A stretch of 64,000 nt of DNA, from NCBI GenBank assembly GCA_965277805.1, contig OZ255842.1:224001-288000 (forward strand), given 5' to 3'. Positions 37,291-46,409 of this stretch are shown one piece after another. A model generated the notes under the pieces. It was not told the DNA's origin. It searched no databases and was given only the letters and a program-made list of their open reading frames with translations. Numbering within the stretch: the first letter of the stretch is position 1; each line of letters starts with the position of its first letter. The translations under genes were made by a program, and so were the position numbers. This DNA comes from Candidatus Lustribacter sp. (lineage in GTDB: Bacteria > Vulcanimicrobiota > Vulcanimicrobiia > Vulcanimicrobiales > Vulcanimicrobiaceae).

Positions 37291-38222
37291 ATTTGGGCGA
37301 TGATTTCGGCGGCGGGGAAGTTGCGCTTTAGGAGACCGTATTTGGCGCCGGCGTCGATGACGGGCTGAACGAGCGGCGGGGTGACTTCTTCGCCGAACAG
37401 CGTGCGCACCGACCTTGCGACTACGGCGGGGTCTTGCTTCGTCAACGTCGCGACGGCTTGGACCGATGCGCCGGGATCGGTGTTGTACCAATGTGCGCAC
37501 GAGATGAGCGCGGACTTGATTCTGCGCGCGGCATCGGGATGTGCGGCGATCCATGCCCCCGATGCGACGTAGGCGCCGTTGAGGAATCGTGTCGCGATGC
37601 CGTCGTTCGGCGAGCCGATCGAACGGCATGTCGCTAGGGCGGTCGTTGCGTAGGGCTGCGTGATCTCGGCGGAGTCGATACGGCCGGCTTCCAGCGCGGC
37701 CTGCATCGAGGAGAACGGCATCTCGATCCACTGGATGCTCTTGGAATCGCCGCCGTGTTTGTCGATCCATGCTTCGGACGAGATTTGAGCCGCGCCGCGC
37801 AGCACGTTGACGGCCACCGTCTTGCCGTTGAGCGCGCTGCCGCTGTTGATCGGCGAATCTTTGCGGACCATCATTTGCGAGCCGCCGTGACCGCTAACGT
37901 ACATCGGGCCGCCGGAGATCATCTTCAGGTCGACGCCGTTCTGGTGCGCGAGCGCCAGCGACATCGTGTTCATGCTGCCGATGACGATGTCGCCGCCGAC
38001 GATCGCGGCGGCGATGGCGTCACCGGAGCCGAGCGTCTGAATGTCGAGCGCAACGCCGGCCTTCGCAAAATAGCCTTGCGATTGCGCGAGCGGCATCAAT
38101 GCGTCGCCTTCAATCGGCGTCGCCGCGGCCCGGAACTGTTGCGGGCTCTGCGCGAACAGCGTCCGCGGCATGCCCGCAACGGCGACGCCGAGCGTGACGG
38201 CGATCAACTCGCTGCGCTTCAT
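37287..38222 (-). CDS. ABC substrate-binding protein, SsuA/TauA/THI5 family
   Basis: Leader MKRSELIA; GYFAKAGV, LNGKTVAVN, WIDKHGGDS, EMPFSSMQAALEAGRID. Confidence 0.9.
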   Translation of the reverse strand: MKRSELIAVTLGVAVAGMPRTLFAQSPQQFRAAATPIEGDALMPLAQSQGYFAKAGVALDIQTLGSGDAIAAAIVGGDIVIGSMNTMSLALAHQNGVDLKMISGGPMYVSGHGGSQMMVRKDSPINSGSALNGKTVAVNVLRGAAQISSEAWIDKHGGDSKSIQWIEMPFSSMQAALEAGRIDSAEITQPYATTALATCRSIGSPNDGIATRFLNGAYVASGAWIAAHPDAARRIKSALISCAHWYNTDPGASVQAVATLTKQDPAVVARSVRTLFGEEVTPPLVQPVIDAGAKYGLLKRNFPAAEIIAQI

Positions 38223-38701
38223 CGCGCGAACACGGCAGTGATTCGGCCCTGATCGAGGATGTGTCCGTTCATGCAGAACATCAGCATCGCGCCCGTCGTT
38301 CCCGATCCGAGGCCGAGCGTATCGACATCGAGTGCATAGACGTTGAACTGGTAATGGTGCGCGGGCCCGGGCGGCGGCGCCGCGCCGCCATAGCCGATCG
38401 CGCCGAAATCCGTATAACCGAGAATGGTGCCCGGAACGGCCTTTTCGGGCGAACCGGCGCCGGCGGGCAGCGCCGTTTTATCGCCCGGGATGTCCATCAC
38501 GAGCCAATGCCAGAACCCGACCGTCGTCGGCGCATCGGGATCGTAGCAGATGACGACGTAGCTCTTCGTTCCGGCCGGGCCGGTGCTCCAGGCGAGATCC
38601 GGCGAAACGTTTCCGCCGGTCAATCCGAAGCCGTTGAAGACGGCCGAATTGGGAAGCGTGCCGCCGTCGGCGAAAAGCGTACTTGTAACCTTCAGCGCCA
38701 A
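38219..38701 (-). CDS. YbhB/YbcL (PEBP/Raf kinase inhibitor-like) protein
   Basis: NVSPDLAW, YDPDAPTTVGFWHW, YGGAAPPPGPAHHYQFNVYALD. Confidence 0.92.
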   Translation of the reverse strand: MALKVTSTLFADGGTLPNSAVFNGFGLTGGNVSPDLAWSTGPAGTKSYVVICYDPDAPTTVGFWHWLVMDIPGDKTALPAGAGSPEKAVPGTILGYTDFGAIGYGGAAPPPGPAHHYQFNVYALDVDTLGLGSGTTGAMLMFCMNGHILDQGRITAVFAR

Positions 38702-38711
38702 AGCGAGTCTC

Positions 38712-39608
38712 CTAGGTCTTGACGGTTGAGGCTTTGTATATCTCGTCGATCGCTTCCCCGAGTGCGGTGTTGAACTCGGCGTCGCTCATGTTCACGTTGA
38801 GCCCGTCGACCAGCGCGCGCGAAAAGCTCGCGATCATCTTGTGGTTCTTGGCGAGGCGCGCGCAGGCTTCGTGGCGCGGGTAGCCGCCCGAGAGCGCAAC
38901 GACGCGCTGAATCCCTTTGTGCGCGATCAGCGGCGCATAGAGATCCGGCACCTCGGGGATCGTCACCTTGACCATGACTTGCTGACCGGCCGGCAGCGCA
39001 TCTGCGCCCTTGAGCAGTTCTTCGAGCAGCAGTTGTTCGGCTTTCGCTTTCTCGGGGCTCTTGATCAGCACTTCGGGTTCGAGGATCGGCACCAAGCCGT
39101 GCGCGTAAATCTGCGCGCCGACCTCGTATTGCTGTTTGGCGATCGCAGCGACGCCTTTGGGGTTCGCGAGGTTGATCGTCGAGCGCATCTTCGTGCCGTA
39201 CACGCCGAGTTTCACGGCGCGCTCGAGCAATGCATCGAGCCCCTTGATCGGCTTCATCAGCGTGACGCCGTCGGCTTCCGGCTCCATGCCTTGATCGACT
39301 TTGAGCAACGGCACGACGCCGCGGTCTTCCCACAGATACGACGGCACGGGTTTGCCGCCGGCTTGCCCATCCATCGTGCGCTCGAAGAGGATCGCGCCGA
39401 TAACTTTGTCGCCGGTAAACGCCGGCGCGCTCATGATGCGCACGCGCATCTCGTGCATCAACTTGAACATCTCGTCGTCGCCGCTGTAGGCGGTATCCGG
39501 GATGCCGTAGGCGCGGAGGGCGCCGGGTGTCGAGCCGCCGCTCTGGTCGAGGGCGGCGAGAAAGCCGGGCTTCTCGGAGAGCTGCTTGCTCATGGCGGCA
39601 TTTGACAC
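38712..39608 (-). CDS. fda: Fructose-bisphosphate aldolase class I
   Basis: GFLAALDQSGGSTPGAL, GAILFE, LKVDQG, GTKMRS, GLVPILEPEV, VALSGGY, IASFSRAL. Confidence 0.95.
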   Translation of the reverse strand: MSNAAMSKQLSEKPGFLAALDQSGGSTPGALRAYGIPDTAYSGDDEMFKLMHEMRVRIMSAPAFTGDKVIGAILFERTMDGQAGGKPVPSYLWEDRGVVPLLKVDQGMEPEADGVTLMKPIKGLDALLERAVKLGVYGTKMRSTINLANPKGVAAIAKQQYEVGAQIYAHGLVPILEPEVLIKSPEKAKAEQLLLEELLKGADALPAGQQVMVKVTIPEVPDLYAPLIAHKGIQRVVALSGGYPRHEACARLAKNHKMIASFSRALVDGLNVNMSDAEFNTALGEAIDEIYKASTVKT

Positions 39609-39633
39609 GGTGGGTCCCCTCTACGGATCGGCT

Positions 39634-40539
39634 CTAGTTGGCGCTTCCAATTCGGATGGACCCTGATTTCTCTTTCCATCCACGTTCGCGCGTATGCGCA
39701 AAAATCGGCAGGCCGACGAGTAAGAGTTCGAGTTCTGTGACCGACGTCAACAGCGCACCTTCATCGCGTTCGACGGAGAATGCGGCTTGCGGGCGGAGTT
39801 CGTGCTCGCCTGCCATCCCGGTACCCGCGATGATCACGCCGATTTGCGTGCTGCGCCGCGGCGTGATGCGCGCGCTTGCCCCGGCGGCGACGCGTACCAT
39901 CGCGATTTCGAACCGGCGTTCGGAAAACGTGCCGAGCCGTTTGATCGCGACGCCGGGTTGATCCGGATCGGCCACCCAATCGAAATGCGCCGGCTTCATC
40001 AAGATCGGTTCATCGTAGCGCGGCTTCGGATATTCCATCGGACGGCCGTTGATGTGTTCCCACACCGCTTCGTAGCTGTCACGCGTGCGGCGCATGCCGG
40101 GCGGAACGTCGCCGGTGCGCGTGAAGACGCCCTTTTCGAACGTACCGAAGGCTTTCATCTCTTCCATGCCCTCGAACATGCGGCGCAGGCTGATGTAGCC
40201 GCAGCCGCTCGCGCCGCCGAATTGAAACGTCATACCGTAACGCGCGGTGTCGTACTCTTGCGGACCGTACGGCGTGCCTTCCGGGAAATAGGCGATCTCG
40301 CCGGGCTGGATCCACTGGTCGGGACCGTAGTTCATCGGGCCGCCGCCGAGGATGATCCGAATCTGATCGAAGTTGTGCGCGTGGCGCGGGCTGTAGAACG
40401 GGCCCACCTGGCGGCTGAAGTTCAGCCGGTAGTTGTCGATCGCATCGTCCTCGCCGGACAGCAGGATCTGGCCGTCCTTCGGGTTGCCCCGGAAGTCTTC
40501 GCCGACTGCGTTGTTCGGATCGACGTAGGCGATCTTCAT
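39634..40539 (-). CDS. Uncharacterised bicupin-like protein
   Basis: SPRHAHNFDQIRII, YFPEGTPYGPQ, QFGGASGCGY; start ATG 40539 estimated. Confidence 0.7.
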   Translation of the reverse strand: MKIAYVDPNNAVGEDFRGNPKDGQILLSGEDDAIDNYRLNFSRQVGPFYSPRHAHNFDQIRIILGGGPMNYGPDQWIQPGEIAYFPEGTPYGPQEYDTARYGMTFQFGGASGCGYISLRRMFEGMEEMKAFGTFEKGVFTRTGDVPPGMRRTRDSYEAVWEHINGRPMEYPKPRYDEPILMKPAHFDWVADPDQPGVAIKRLGTFSERRFEIAMVRVAAGASARITPRRSTQIGVIIAGTGMAGEHELRPQAAFSVERDEGALLTSVTELELLLVGLPIFAHTRERGWKEKSGSIRIGSAN

Positions 40540-40593
40540 GGGTGGCCCTTCGAGAGGTCGGTGCTGACGTACTGCAATAATGCGGTCTTCACG

Positions 40594-41646
40594 ATGCATT
40601 GCGAACACGACTCGAACCACGCCGGCGCCCTGACGCGGCGACGCCTCTTGCAGCTCACCGCCGCCGGGGGCAGCGCGATCGTCGCGGCGGCCGCACTGCC
40701 GGCCGGGCTAGCGGCGCAAATGCCGGCCAAAAAAGTGATCGACGTGCATCACCACGTTGCACCGACCAATTTCCTCGCGCAGGGCGGTACGCCGGACGAG
40801 GCGCGCGTCTTTAAAGGCTGGAGCATTCCGAAGACCATCGACGAGATGGACCACGCGGGCGTTGCGACCGCATATGCGTCGATCACGGTGCCCGGCAAGC
40901 GCTTCGACGATCCGGCCAACGCGCGCCGCGTGTCGCGTGACTGCAACGAATACATGGCCGGTCTGCGCGTGCAGAACCCGGGCCGTTTCGGAATGTTCGC
41001 GCTCGTGCCGATGCCGAACATCGCGGACACGCTTGCCGAAATCGCCTATGCCTACGACACGCTCAAGACCGACGGCATCGGGCTCTACACGAGTTACGGC
41101 GATAAGTACATCGGCAACGCCGACTTCGATCCGGTATTTGCCGAACTCAACCGCCGCAATGCGGTCGTCTTCGTGCACCCCACCGTGGGACCGTGCTGCG
41201 GCAGCGTGCAGCCGTGGCTCACGACGGCGCAGATCGAATACGGCACCGATACGACGCGTGCGATCGCCGAGTACATCTTCAAAGGCGGCACGCAGAAGTA
41301 TCCCAATGTCAAGATGATCTGGTCCCACGCGGGCGGCACGATGCCGTTCTTGGCGGAGCGCTTCATCAACAGCGGTGAGGGAACGTACAAGAACATTACG
41401 CCCAACGGTTTTCTGGCCGAAGCGAACAAGTGCTATTACGATACCGCGCAAGTGCCGAGCAAAGGCGCGATGCTCGCGTTGCGCACGATCATCGCTCCAA
41501 CGCAGATCGTGTACGGCACGGATTACCCGTATCGCGGCTTCCAGTGGACGGAAGACATGCTGACGGCCGACGCGGTGTTCAATCCGCGCGAGCTGCAGGC
41601 CGTCTATCGCGACAACGCCGTGCGCGCTATTTCCCCCAGTAAATGA
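40594..41646 (+). CDS. Tat-exported amidohydrolase_2 family protein (decarboxylase-like)
   Basis: TRRRLLQL leader; IDVHHHV, VFVHP, EYGTDTTRAI, WSHAGGTMP, YGTDYPY. Confidence 0.87.
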   Translation: MHCEHDSNHAGALTRRRLLQLTAAGGSAIVAAAALPAGLAAQMPAKKVIDVHHHVAPTNFLAQGGTPDEARVFKGWSIPKTIDEMDHAGVATAYASITVPGKRFDDPANARRVSRDCNEYMAGLRVQNPGRFGMFALVPMPNIADTLAEIAYAYDTLKTDGIGLYTSYGDKYIGNADFDPVFAELNRRNAVVFVHPTVGPCCGSVQPWLTTAQIEYGTDTTRAIAEYIFKGGTQKYPNVKMIWSHAGGTMPFLAERFINSGEGTYKNITPNGFLAEANKCYYDTAQVPSKGAMLALRTIIAPTQIVYGTDYPYRGFQWTEDMLTADAVFNPRELQAVYRDNAVRAISPSK

Positions 41647-42577
41647 GCGCCTTGGCGACGATGGCTTTCGTGTCGAGCGGGACTTTTAGGCGGCCGTAGG
41701 CCAGGCCGGCGTCGAGTACGGGCTGGATCTCAGCGGCGGACATCGATTCCGCAAAGGTCGATCGAACCATCGCCGCCACCGACGCTGCATCGAGACCGGT
41801 GATGCGCTCGAGGACCGGCACCGTTTCGGCATGATGCGTGTTGACATAGTGCGCGGTTTCACGCAATGCTTGCGCCGCTCGCCGAGCGAGGTCGGGGTGC
41901 GCGTCAACCCACGACGAGGCGCCGAAATACACACCTGAAATGTAGAGCGGCGAAATCGCAGCGTCGGCATTCCCGAGCAGCTCGACGTCGTTGCGCGCTT
42001 GGCCGAAGTACGAGCCGGTCATCATGGCGGCGTCGACGCGGCCCGCCACGAGCGACGCGGCCATCGAGCTTTCCGGAAGCTCGACGAAGTGAACGCTCTT
42101 GGAGTTGCCGCCGTTCTTGTCGACCCACACCTCCGCACCGAGCTGCTGTTCGCCGTCGAGCGTGGTGACGGCGATGATTTTGCCGTTCAGATCCGCGCCG
42201 GTCCGCAGCGGTGAATGCCGCACTTTGGCGAGCACGATATCCGGAGCTTTGCTCGTGAACACGGTCGCGGGGGCAATGATCGTGATCGGAATGCCGCGAC
42301 CGAGCGCCGCCGCAACCGACATCAGGTTCGAGAAGCCGATTTCGGCCGAACCGCCCACCACGGCGGCCACGACCGCGCCGCCGCTGCTGGTAGCCGCCGC
42401 CGTGGCATCGAGTCCGTATTTCTTGAAGAAGCCGCCGTCGACCGCAAAGGCACCGAGCGAGCCGCCGTCGCCGCCGAGGTTGAGCACGCGGATGGCGGGA
42501 AGCGTCTGGGCGCTTGCGTGCAGCGGAAGAAGCGCGAACAGCAGTGCGAGCGTGCACGTTCGCCGCAGACCGCTCAT
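41627..42577 (-). CDS. ABC substrate-binding protein, SsuA/TauA/THI5 family
   Basis: GFFKKYGLD, DLNGKIIAV, WVDKNGGNS, AGRVDAA. Confidence 0.9.
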   Translation of the reverse strand: MSGLRRTCTLALLFALLPLHASAQTLPAIRVLNLGGDGGSLGAFAVDGGFFKKYGLDATAAATSSGGAVVAAVVGGSAEIGFSNLMSVAAALGRGIPITIIAPATVFTSKAPDIVLAKVRHSPLRTGADLNGKIIAVTTLDGEQQLGAEVWVDKNGGNSKSVHFVELPESSMAASLVAGRVDAAMMTGSYFGQARNDVELLGNADAAISPLYISGVYFGASSWVDAHPDLARRAAQALRETAHYVNTHHAETVPVLERITGLDAASVAAMVRSTFAESMSAAEIQPVLDAGLAYGRLKVPLDTKAIVAKALIYWGK

Positions 42578-43524
42578 TTTGCACCGCTCCAGATGATTTC
42601 GCGGGCGGGAAACGCGCGTTCGAGTATGCCGTATTTGGCGGCGGCATCGATCAGCGGCTGGATCAGCGCGGGGTCGAGCGTCGTCGGATTGGTGGTGCGG
42701 TGCATCTTCGCGACGTTCGCAAGCGTCGCTTTGGTGAATTCCGCAACGACCGGTGCGGTTTCCGGGCGATGCGTGTTAACGTAGGTCGTTGCGGATGCCA
42801 GCGTGGATGCGAACGTGCGCACTACGTCGGCGTGGTGCTGCGCCCAATCCGCAAGCGCCACGTAGCCCGCCAAGATGAACCGCGGAGCGATCGCCTCGTT
42901 GGCGTACGACAGGGTTTTCGTGGTGCCGGCTTCGAGCGAAATGTCGAGCTGCGGCGTCTGCAGGATCGCCGCGTCGACGCGGTGCGCGACGATCGCGGCC
43001 TCGAGCGCGGCGTTCGGAAACTCGACGAATTTCAGGCTGCGCCAATCGCCGCCGGTCTTGTCGACCCACGCACGAATGGCGACGCTCGTCGCGTCGCCGA
43101 GCGCCGGCACGCCGATCGTCTTGCCGTTCAGGTCGGCTCCGGTCTTGTAGGGCGAATCGGGTGCGATCTGCAGCAGCGAGCGCGCGTTCTGCGGTTCGTT
43201 GAGGATCGCCGGCGCGACGGCGACGAGCGGAATGCCCTTGAGATGCGCGTTCATCAACGCGAGCAGGCTCGACTTGCCGATCGGATACGTGCCGGAAACG
43301 ACGGCTGCCGTCGCGGCCGCACCGCTGCTGGTGGCGATCAGCGAGACGTCGAGCCCGCTGCGCGCGAACATTCCCGTCTTGACCGCGTAATAACAGTCGG
43401 TCATGTCTTCGCTCGGCACGCCGGCAATTTGCAGCGCCTCCGCCGCGCTTGCCGGCCGGCTCGCGCTCCACAGCGCCAGCGGAGCGAGCGCTGCTGCGCG
43501 CAAGAGTTCGTGGCGCTTCAGCAC
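42574..43524 (-). CDS. ABC substrate-binding protein, SsuA/TauA/THI5 family
   Basis: GMFARSGLDV, DLNGKTIGV, WVDKTGGD, IQPLIDAAAKYG. Confidence 0.9.
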   Translation of the reverse strand: MLKRHELLRAAALAPLALWSASRPASAAEALQIAGVPSEDMTDCYYAVKTGMFARSGLDVSLIATSSGAAATAAVVSGTYPIGKSSLLALMNAHLKGIPLVAVAPAILNEPQNARSLLQIAPDSPYKTGADLNGKTIGVPALGDATSVAIRAWVDKTGGDWRSLKFVEFPNAALEAAIVAHRVDAAILQTPQLDISLEAGTTKTLSYANEAIAPRFILAGYVALADWAQHHADVVRTFASTLASATTYVNTHRPETAPVVAEFTKATLANVAKMHRTTNPTTLDPALIQPLIDAAAKYGILERAFPAREIIWSGAK

Positions 43525-43528
43525 CGGA

Positions 43529-45148
43529 TCAATACCGTGAGAAATGCGTGCATTCTTTGGCCATTACCTCAATGAGCGCGGGGCGGCCGGCAGCGGTTAC
43601 GTCGAGCGCTTCGCGCGCTGCCGGGGTGAAATCTTCAACGTCCTCGATTCGCTTCGACCAAGCGCCGAGTCCGGCCGCAACCATCCGGTAGTCGCCGCCG
43701 AGGTCGATCGCGTGATACTGTTCGATCGCGCGTTCCATGCCGAGCCGCTCGCCCGCCATGATGCCGTTGTTGAACACGATCGTGATGATCCCGATGCGAT
43801 TGCGCACCGCCGTCTCAATGTCCATTCCCACCATTCCGATCGAAGCGTCGCCCATGACGTTGACGCACACGGCATCCGGATTGGCCAGCTTGGCGCCCAT
43901 GATCATGCCGAGCCCCGCGCCGAGTGAGGTCGATTTGCCCCAGCCGAGATAATCGCGCGGCGCGCGGCTCTGCCAGAACGGAATCATCTGCTCGCGCGGG
44001 CTGCCGGCTTCGTGCGTCACGATCGTGCGCCGGTCTTGGAGCAGCGCGTAGAGATCGCGAATCACGCGGTACTGGTTGATCGGCTTTTCGCCCGACGTGA
44101 GCTCGGGAGCCCATTCCGCTTCCCAAGCCTTTCGAACTGCGCCTACTTCGGCAGCCGCGTCGCGGCCGGCGGCGTGTTTGCGAGCCACGATCTCATCGGC
44201 GAGGGCTTGCAGCGCGAGTTTCGCATCGGCGAGAATCGCGGCGTCGGTGAACCAATCCTTGTTGATGTCGAGCGGATCGTTCGTCAGGTGCACGATCGTT
44301 TTTCCGGCCGGGATCTTCGGCGCCCAGTTGACGCGCGAGAGGCTCGTGCCCGCGCCGAAGACGCAGTCGGCGTCTTTCAGAAACGCGAAGGCCATTTTGG
44401 GCGCCGAGTTCACCATCGCGCCGAGCGCGAGCGGATGATCTTCGGGAAAGCTGCTCTTGCCCGGATTCGTCGTCAGCACCGGCGCTTGCAGCAGTTCCGC
44501 GACGCGCACGAGTTCGGCCGTGGCGCCGGCAAAGAGAATGCCTTGGCCGGCCTGGATCACCGGACGCTTCGCCGCGAGCAGCGCGTCGGCTGCCAACCGG
44601 ATTGCCTCGGGATCGGGCGCCGAGCGCAGCGAGCGCGTCGTGCGATAGGCGTACTCACCGCATTCGGCTTCGGTGATGTCGCCGATCGCCTCAATGAGCA
44701 CCGGGCCCGTCGCACCGCTGTGCAGGTTGTGAAACGCGCGGCGCATCAGCTCCCACACGCGCGCCGGATCGTCGAGTTCGCAACCCCACTTCGTGATGTG
44801 CGCGAAGTTGTCGACGGCGCTAAACGTCGGCGGCGTGTGACTGCGCCCCATCGGTGCCGGACCGGGCAGCACGAGCAGCGGAATGCCGTCGCTAAATGAC
44901 TGCGAGACACCGGAGAACGAATTCTCGATCCCGGGTCCGCCCTGCGGCGCGAAGACGCCGATCTGTTTGCCGTTCGTCGAGCGGCTGATGCCGTCGGCGA
45001 TCCCCGCTCCAACCCGCTCTTGACGGCAGATGATCGGGCGCAGCCCGGCTTCCACGCAGCGGTCGATCAGCAGGTTCCTGGGATAGCAGATCAGATGCTC
45101 GACGCCTTCGTCTTTGAGCACTCGTGCGATCGCGTCAGCTACTTTGAT
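43529..45148 (-). CDS. Thiamine diphosphate-dependent enzyme (acetolactate synthase-like superfamily)
   Basis: RQERVGAGIADG, GGPGIEN, ThDP motif MGDASIGM...VFNN; start probably ATC 45148 (ORF track uses GTG 45121). Confidence 0.88.
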   Translation of the reverse strand: MKVADAIARVLKDEGVEHLICYPRNLLIDRCVEAGLRPIICRQERVGAGIADGISRSTNGKQIGVFAPQGGPGIENSFSGVSQSFSDGIPLLVLPGPAPMGRSHTPPTFSAVDNFAHITKWGCELDDPARVWELMRRAFHNLHSGATGPVLIEAIGDITEAECGEYAYRTTRSLRSAPDPEAIRLAADALLAAKRPVIQAGQGILFAGATAELVRVAELLQAPVLTTNPGKSSFPEDHPLALGAMVNSAPKMAFAFLKDADCVFGAGTSLSRVNWAPKIPAGKTIVHLTNDPLDINKDWFTDAAILADAKLALQALADEIVARKHAAGRDAAAEVGAVRKAWEAEWAPELTSGEKPINQYRVIRDLYALLQDRRTIVTHEAGSPREQMIPFWQSRAPRDYLGWGKSTSLGAGLGMIMGAKLANPDAVCVNVMGDASIGMVGMDIETAVRNRIGIITIVFNNGIMAGERLGMERAIEQYHAIDLGGDYRMVAAGLGAWSKRIEDVEDFTPAAREALDVTAAGRPALIEVMAKECTHFSRY

Positions 45149-45199
45149 TTCGCATCCTCCCGGCTTGGTAATTTCTTTGCGACCTTGCGGCTACGCCCC

Positions 45200-45226
45200 A
45201 GGAGTTCCCTTTGCTGAAATGAAGGC
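45200..45226 (+). promoter_or_regulatory. Putative SigH-like promoter
   Basis: AGGA(45200)-17 nt-GAAG(45221), then GGAGG RBS and ATG 45246. Confidence 0.4.
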
Positions 45227-45245
45227 TCGCGACGCCGGAGGACGC

Positions 45246-46409
45246 ATGGAAAACGGACATCTCACCCGCCAAGAACTCTTGGCGCAGCTCACCCAAACCG
45301 CAGCGGGCACGCCGATGGGCACCCTGTTGCGCTCGTTCTGGCAGCCGGTCGCGACGGCTGATAGCGTTGCCCCCGGAAAAGCGCGCGCACTGCGCGTGCT
45401 GAGCGAGGATCTCACCCTTTATCGCGGTGAGACCGGAACGCCGTACTTGATCGGTGCGCGCTGCGCGCACCGATGCACGGTGCTCCACACCGGTTGGGTG
45501 CAAGACGATCAAGTGCGCTGCATGTACCACGGCTGGCGCTACGGCGGAACCGGTCAATGCACGGAGATGCCGGCTGAGAAGAACGTTAGTCCCGAGCTGG
45601 TGAAAATCGCCGGCTACCCGGTGCACGAATACGGCGGTCTGCTGTTCGCCTATTTGGGCGAGGGCCCGGCGCCGGAGTTCGATCTGCCGCGCAAGCCCGG
45701 GCTCGAAGAACAGGGACGGTTGCGCACGGTGCGCTATCAGGAGTGGGACTACAACTTCTTTCAAGGCACGGAAAACTCGCTCGACGCGACGCACGTGAGC
45801 TACGTGCACGTGTGGGGCAAAGTCAGCCGTTTCGGCGATGAGATCACCACCGCGGTGCCGGAGTTGTCGTACGAAGAAACGAGTGCGGGCATTCGTCAAA
45901 CGGCGTATCGTTCGGCGAACAACATTCGCATCAGCGATTGGACTTTTCCGAACAACAACCACATCGTTTCGCCGGGACCGCGCAAAGGCGATCCGTGGAC
46001 CGATAGCGTGACCTGGCACGTGGCGATCGATGACGAGCATACGATGCGCTTCGCCGTGCAGACCATGGCGTCGACGGATCCCGAAACCGATGCGCGCTTT
46101 TTGGCCGATCGGCAAGACGGTTACAATCCGGCCGACCACTATCACGAACTCTTCGACGAGCATCGCATTCCCGAGGGCATCGGCACCGGACAAGTGATCG
46201 CGACCCAGGACTACGTCGCGCTGCGCGGTCAGGGCCGGATCGTCGATCGCTCGCAAGAGCGCTTGGGACAATCCGACGCCGGCGTCGCGTTGCTGCGCCG
46301 AATTTTTCTGCGCGAACTCGAAGCGATTCGCGAAGGCCGTGCGACCAAGGCGTGGGCGCGACTCGACGAACCGGCGCACTTGCCGATTCAGGTTCCCGAA
46401 CCCGTTTAG
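45246..46409 (+). CDS. Rieske oxygenase alpha subunit (LigX-like)
   Basis: GTPMGTLLRSFWQP, CAHRCT...CMYHGW, ENSLDATHVSYVH, QDYVALRGQG, ERLGQSD. Confidence 0.92.
   Translation: MENGHLTRQELLAQLTQTAAGTPMGTLLRSFWQPVATADSVAPGKARALRVLSEDLTLYRGETGTPYLIGARCAHRCTVLHTGWVQDDQVRCMYHGWRYGGTGQCTEMPAEKNVSPELVKIAGYPVHEYGGLLFAYLGEGPAPEFDLPRKPGLEEQGRLRTVRYQEWDYNFFQGTENSLDATHVSYVHVWGKVSRFGDEITTAVPELSYEETSAGIRQTAYRSANNIRISDWTFPNNNHIVSPGPRKGDPWTDSVTWHVAIDDEHTMRFAVQTMASTDPETDARFLADRQDGYNPADHYHELFDEHRIPEGIGTGQVIATQDYVALRGQGRIVDRSQERLGQSDAGVALLRRIFLRELEAIREGRATKAWARLDEPAHLPIQVPEPV

Noticed and set aside
35816-39608. DoxX, O-methyltransferase, DUF1810, YbhB and fda block as a novel system
   Set aside because: Common standalone genes in mixed orientation with no evident shared function.
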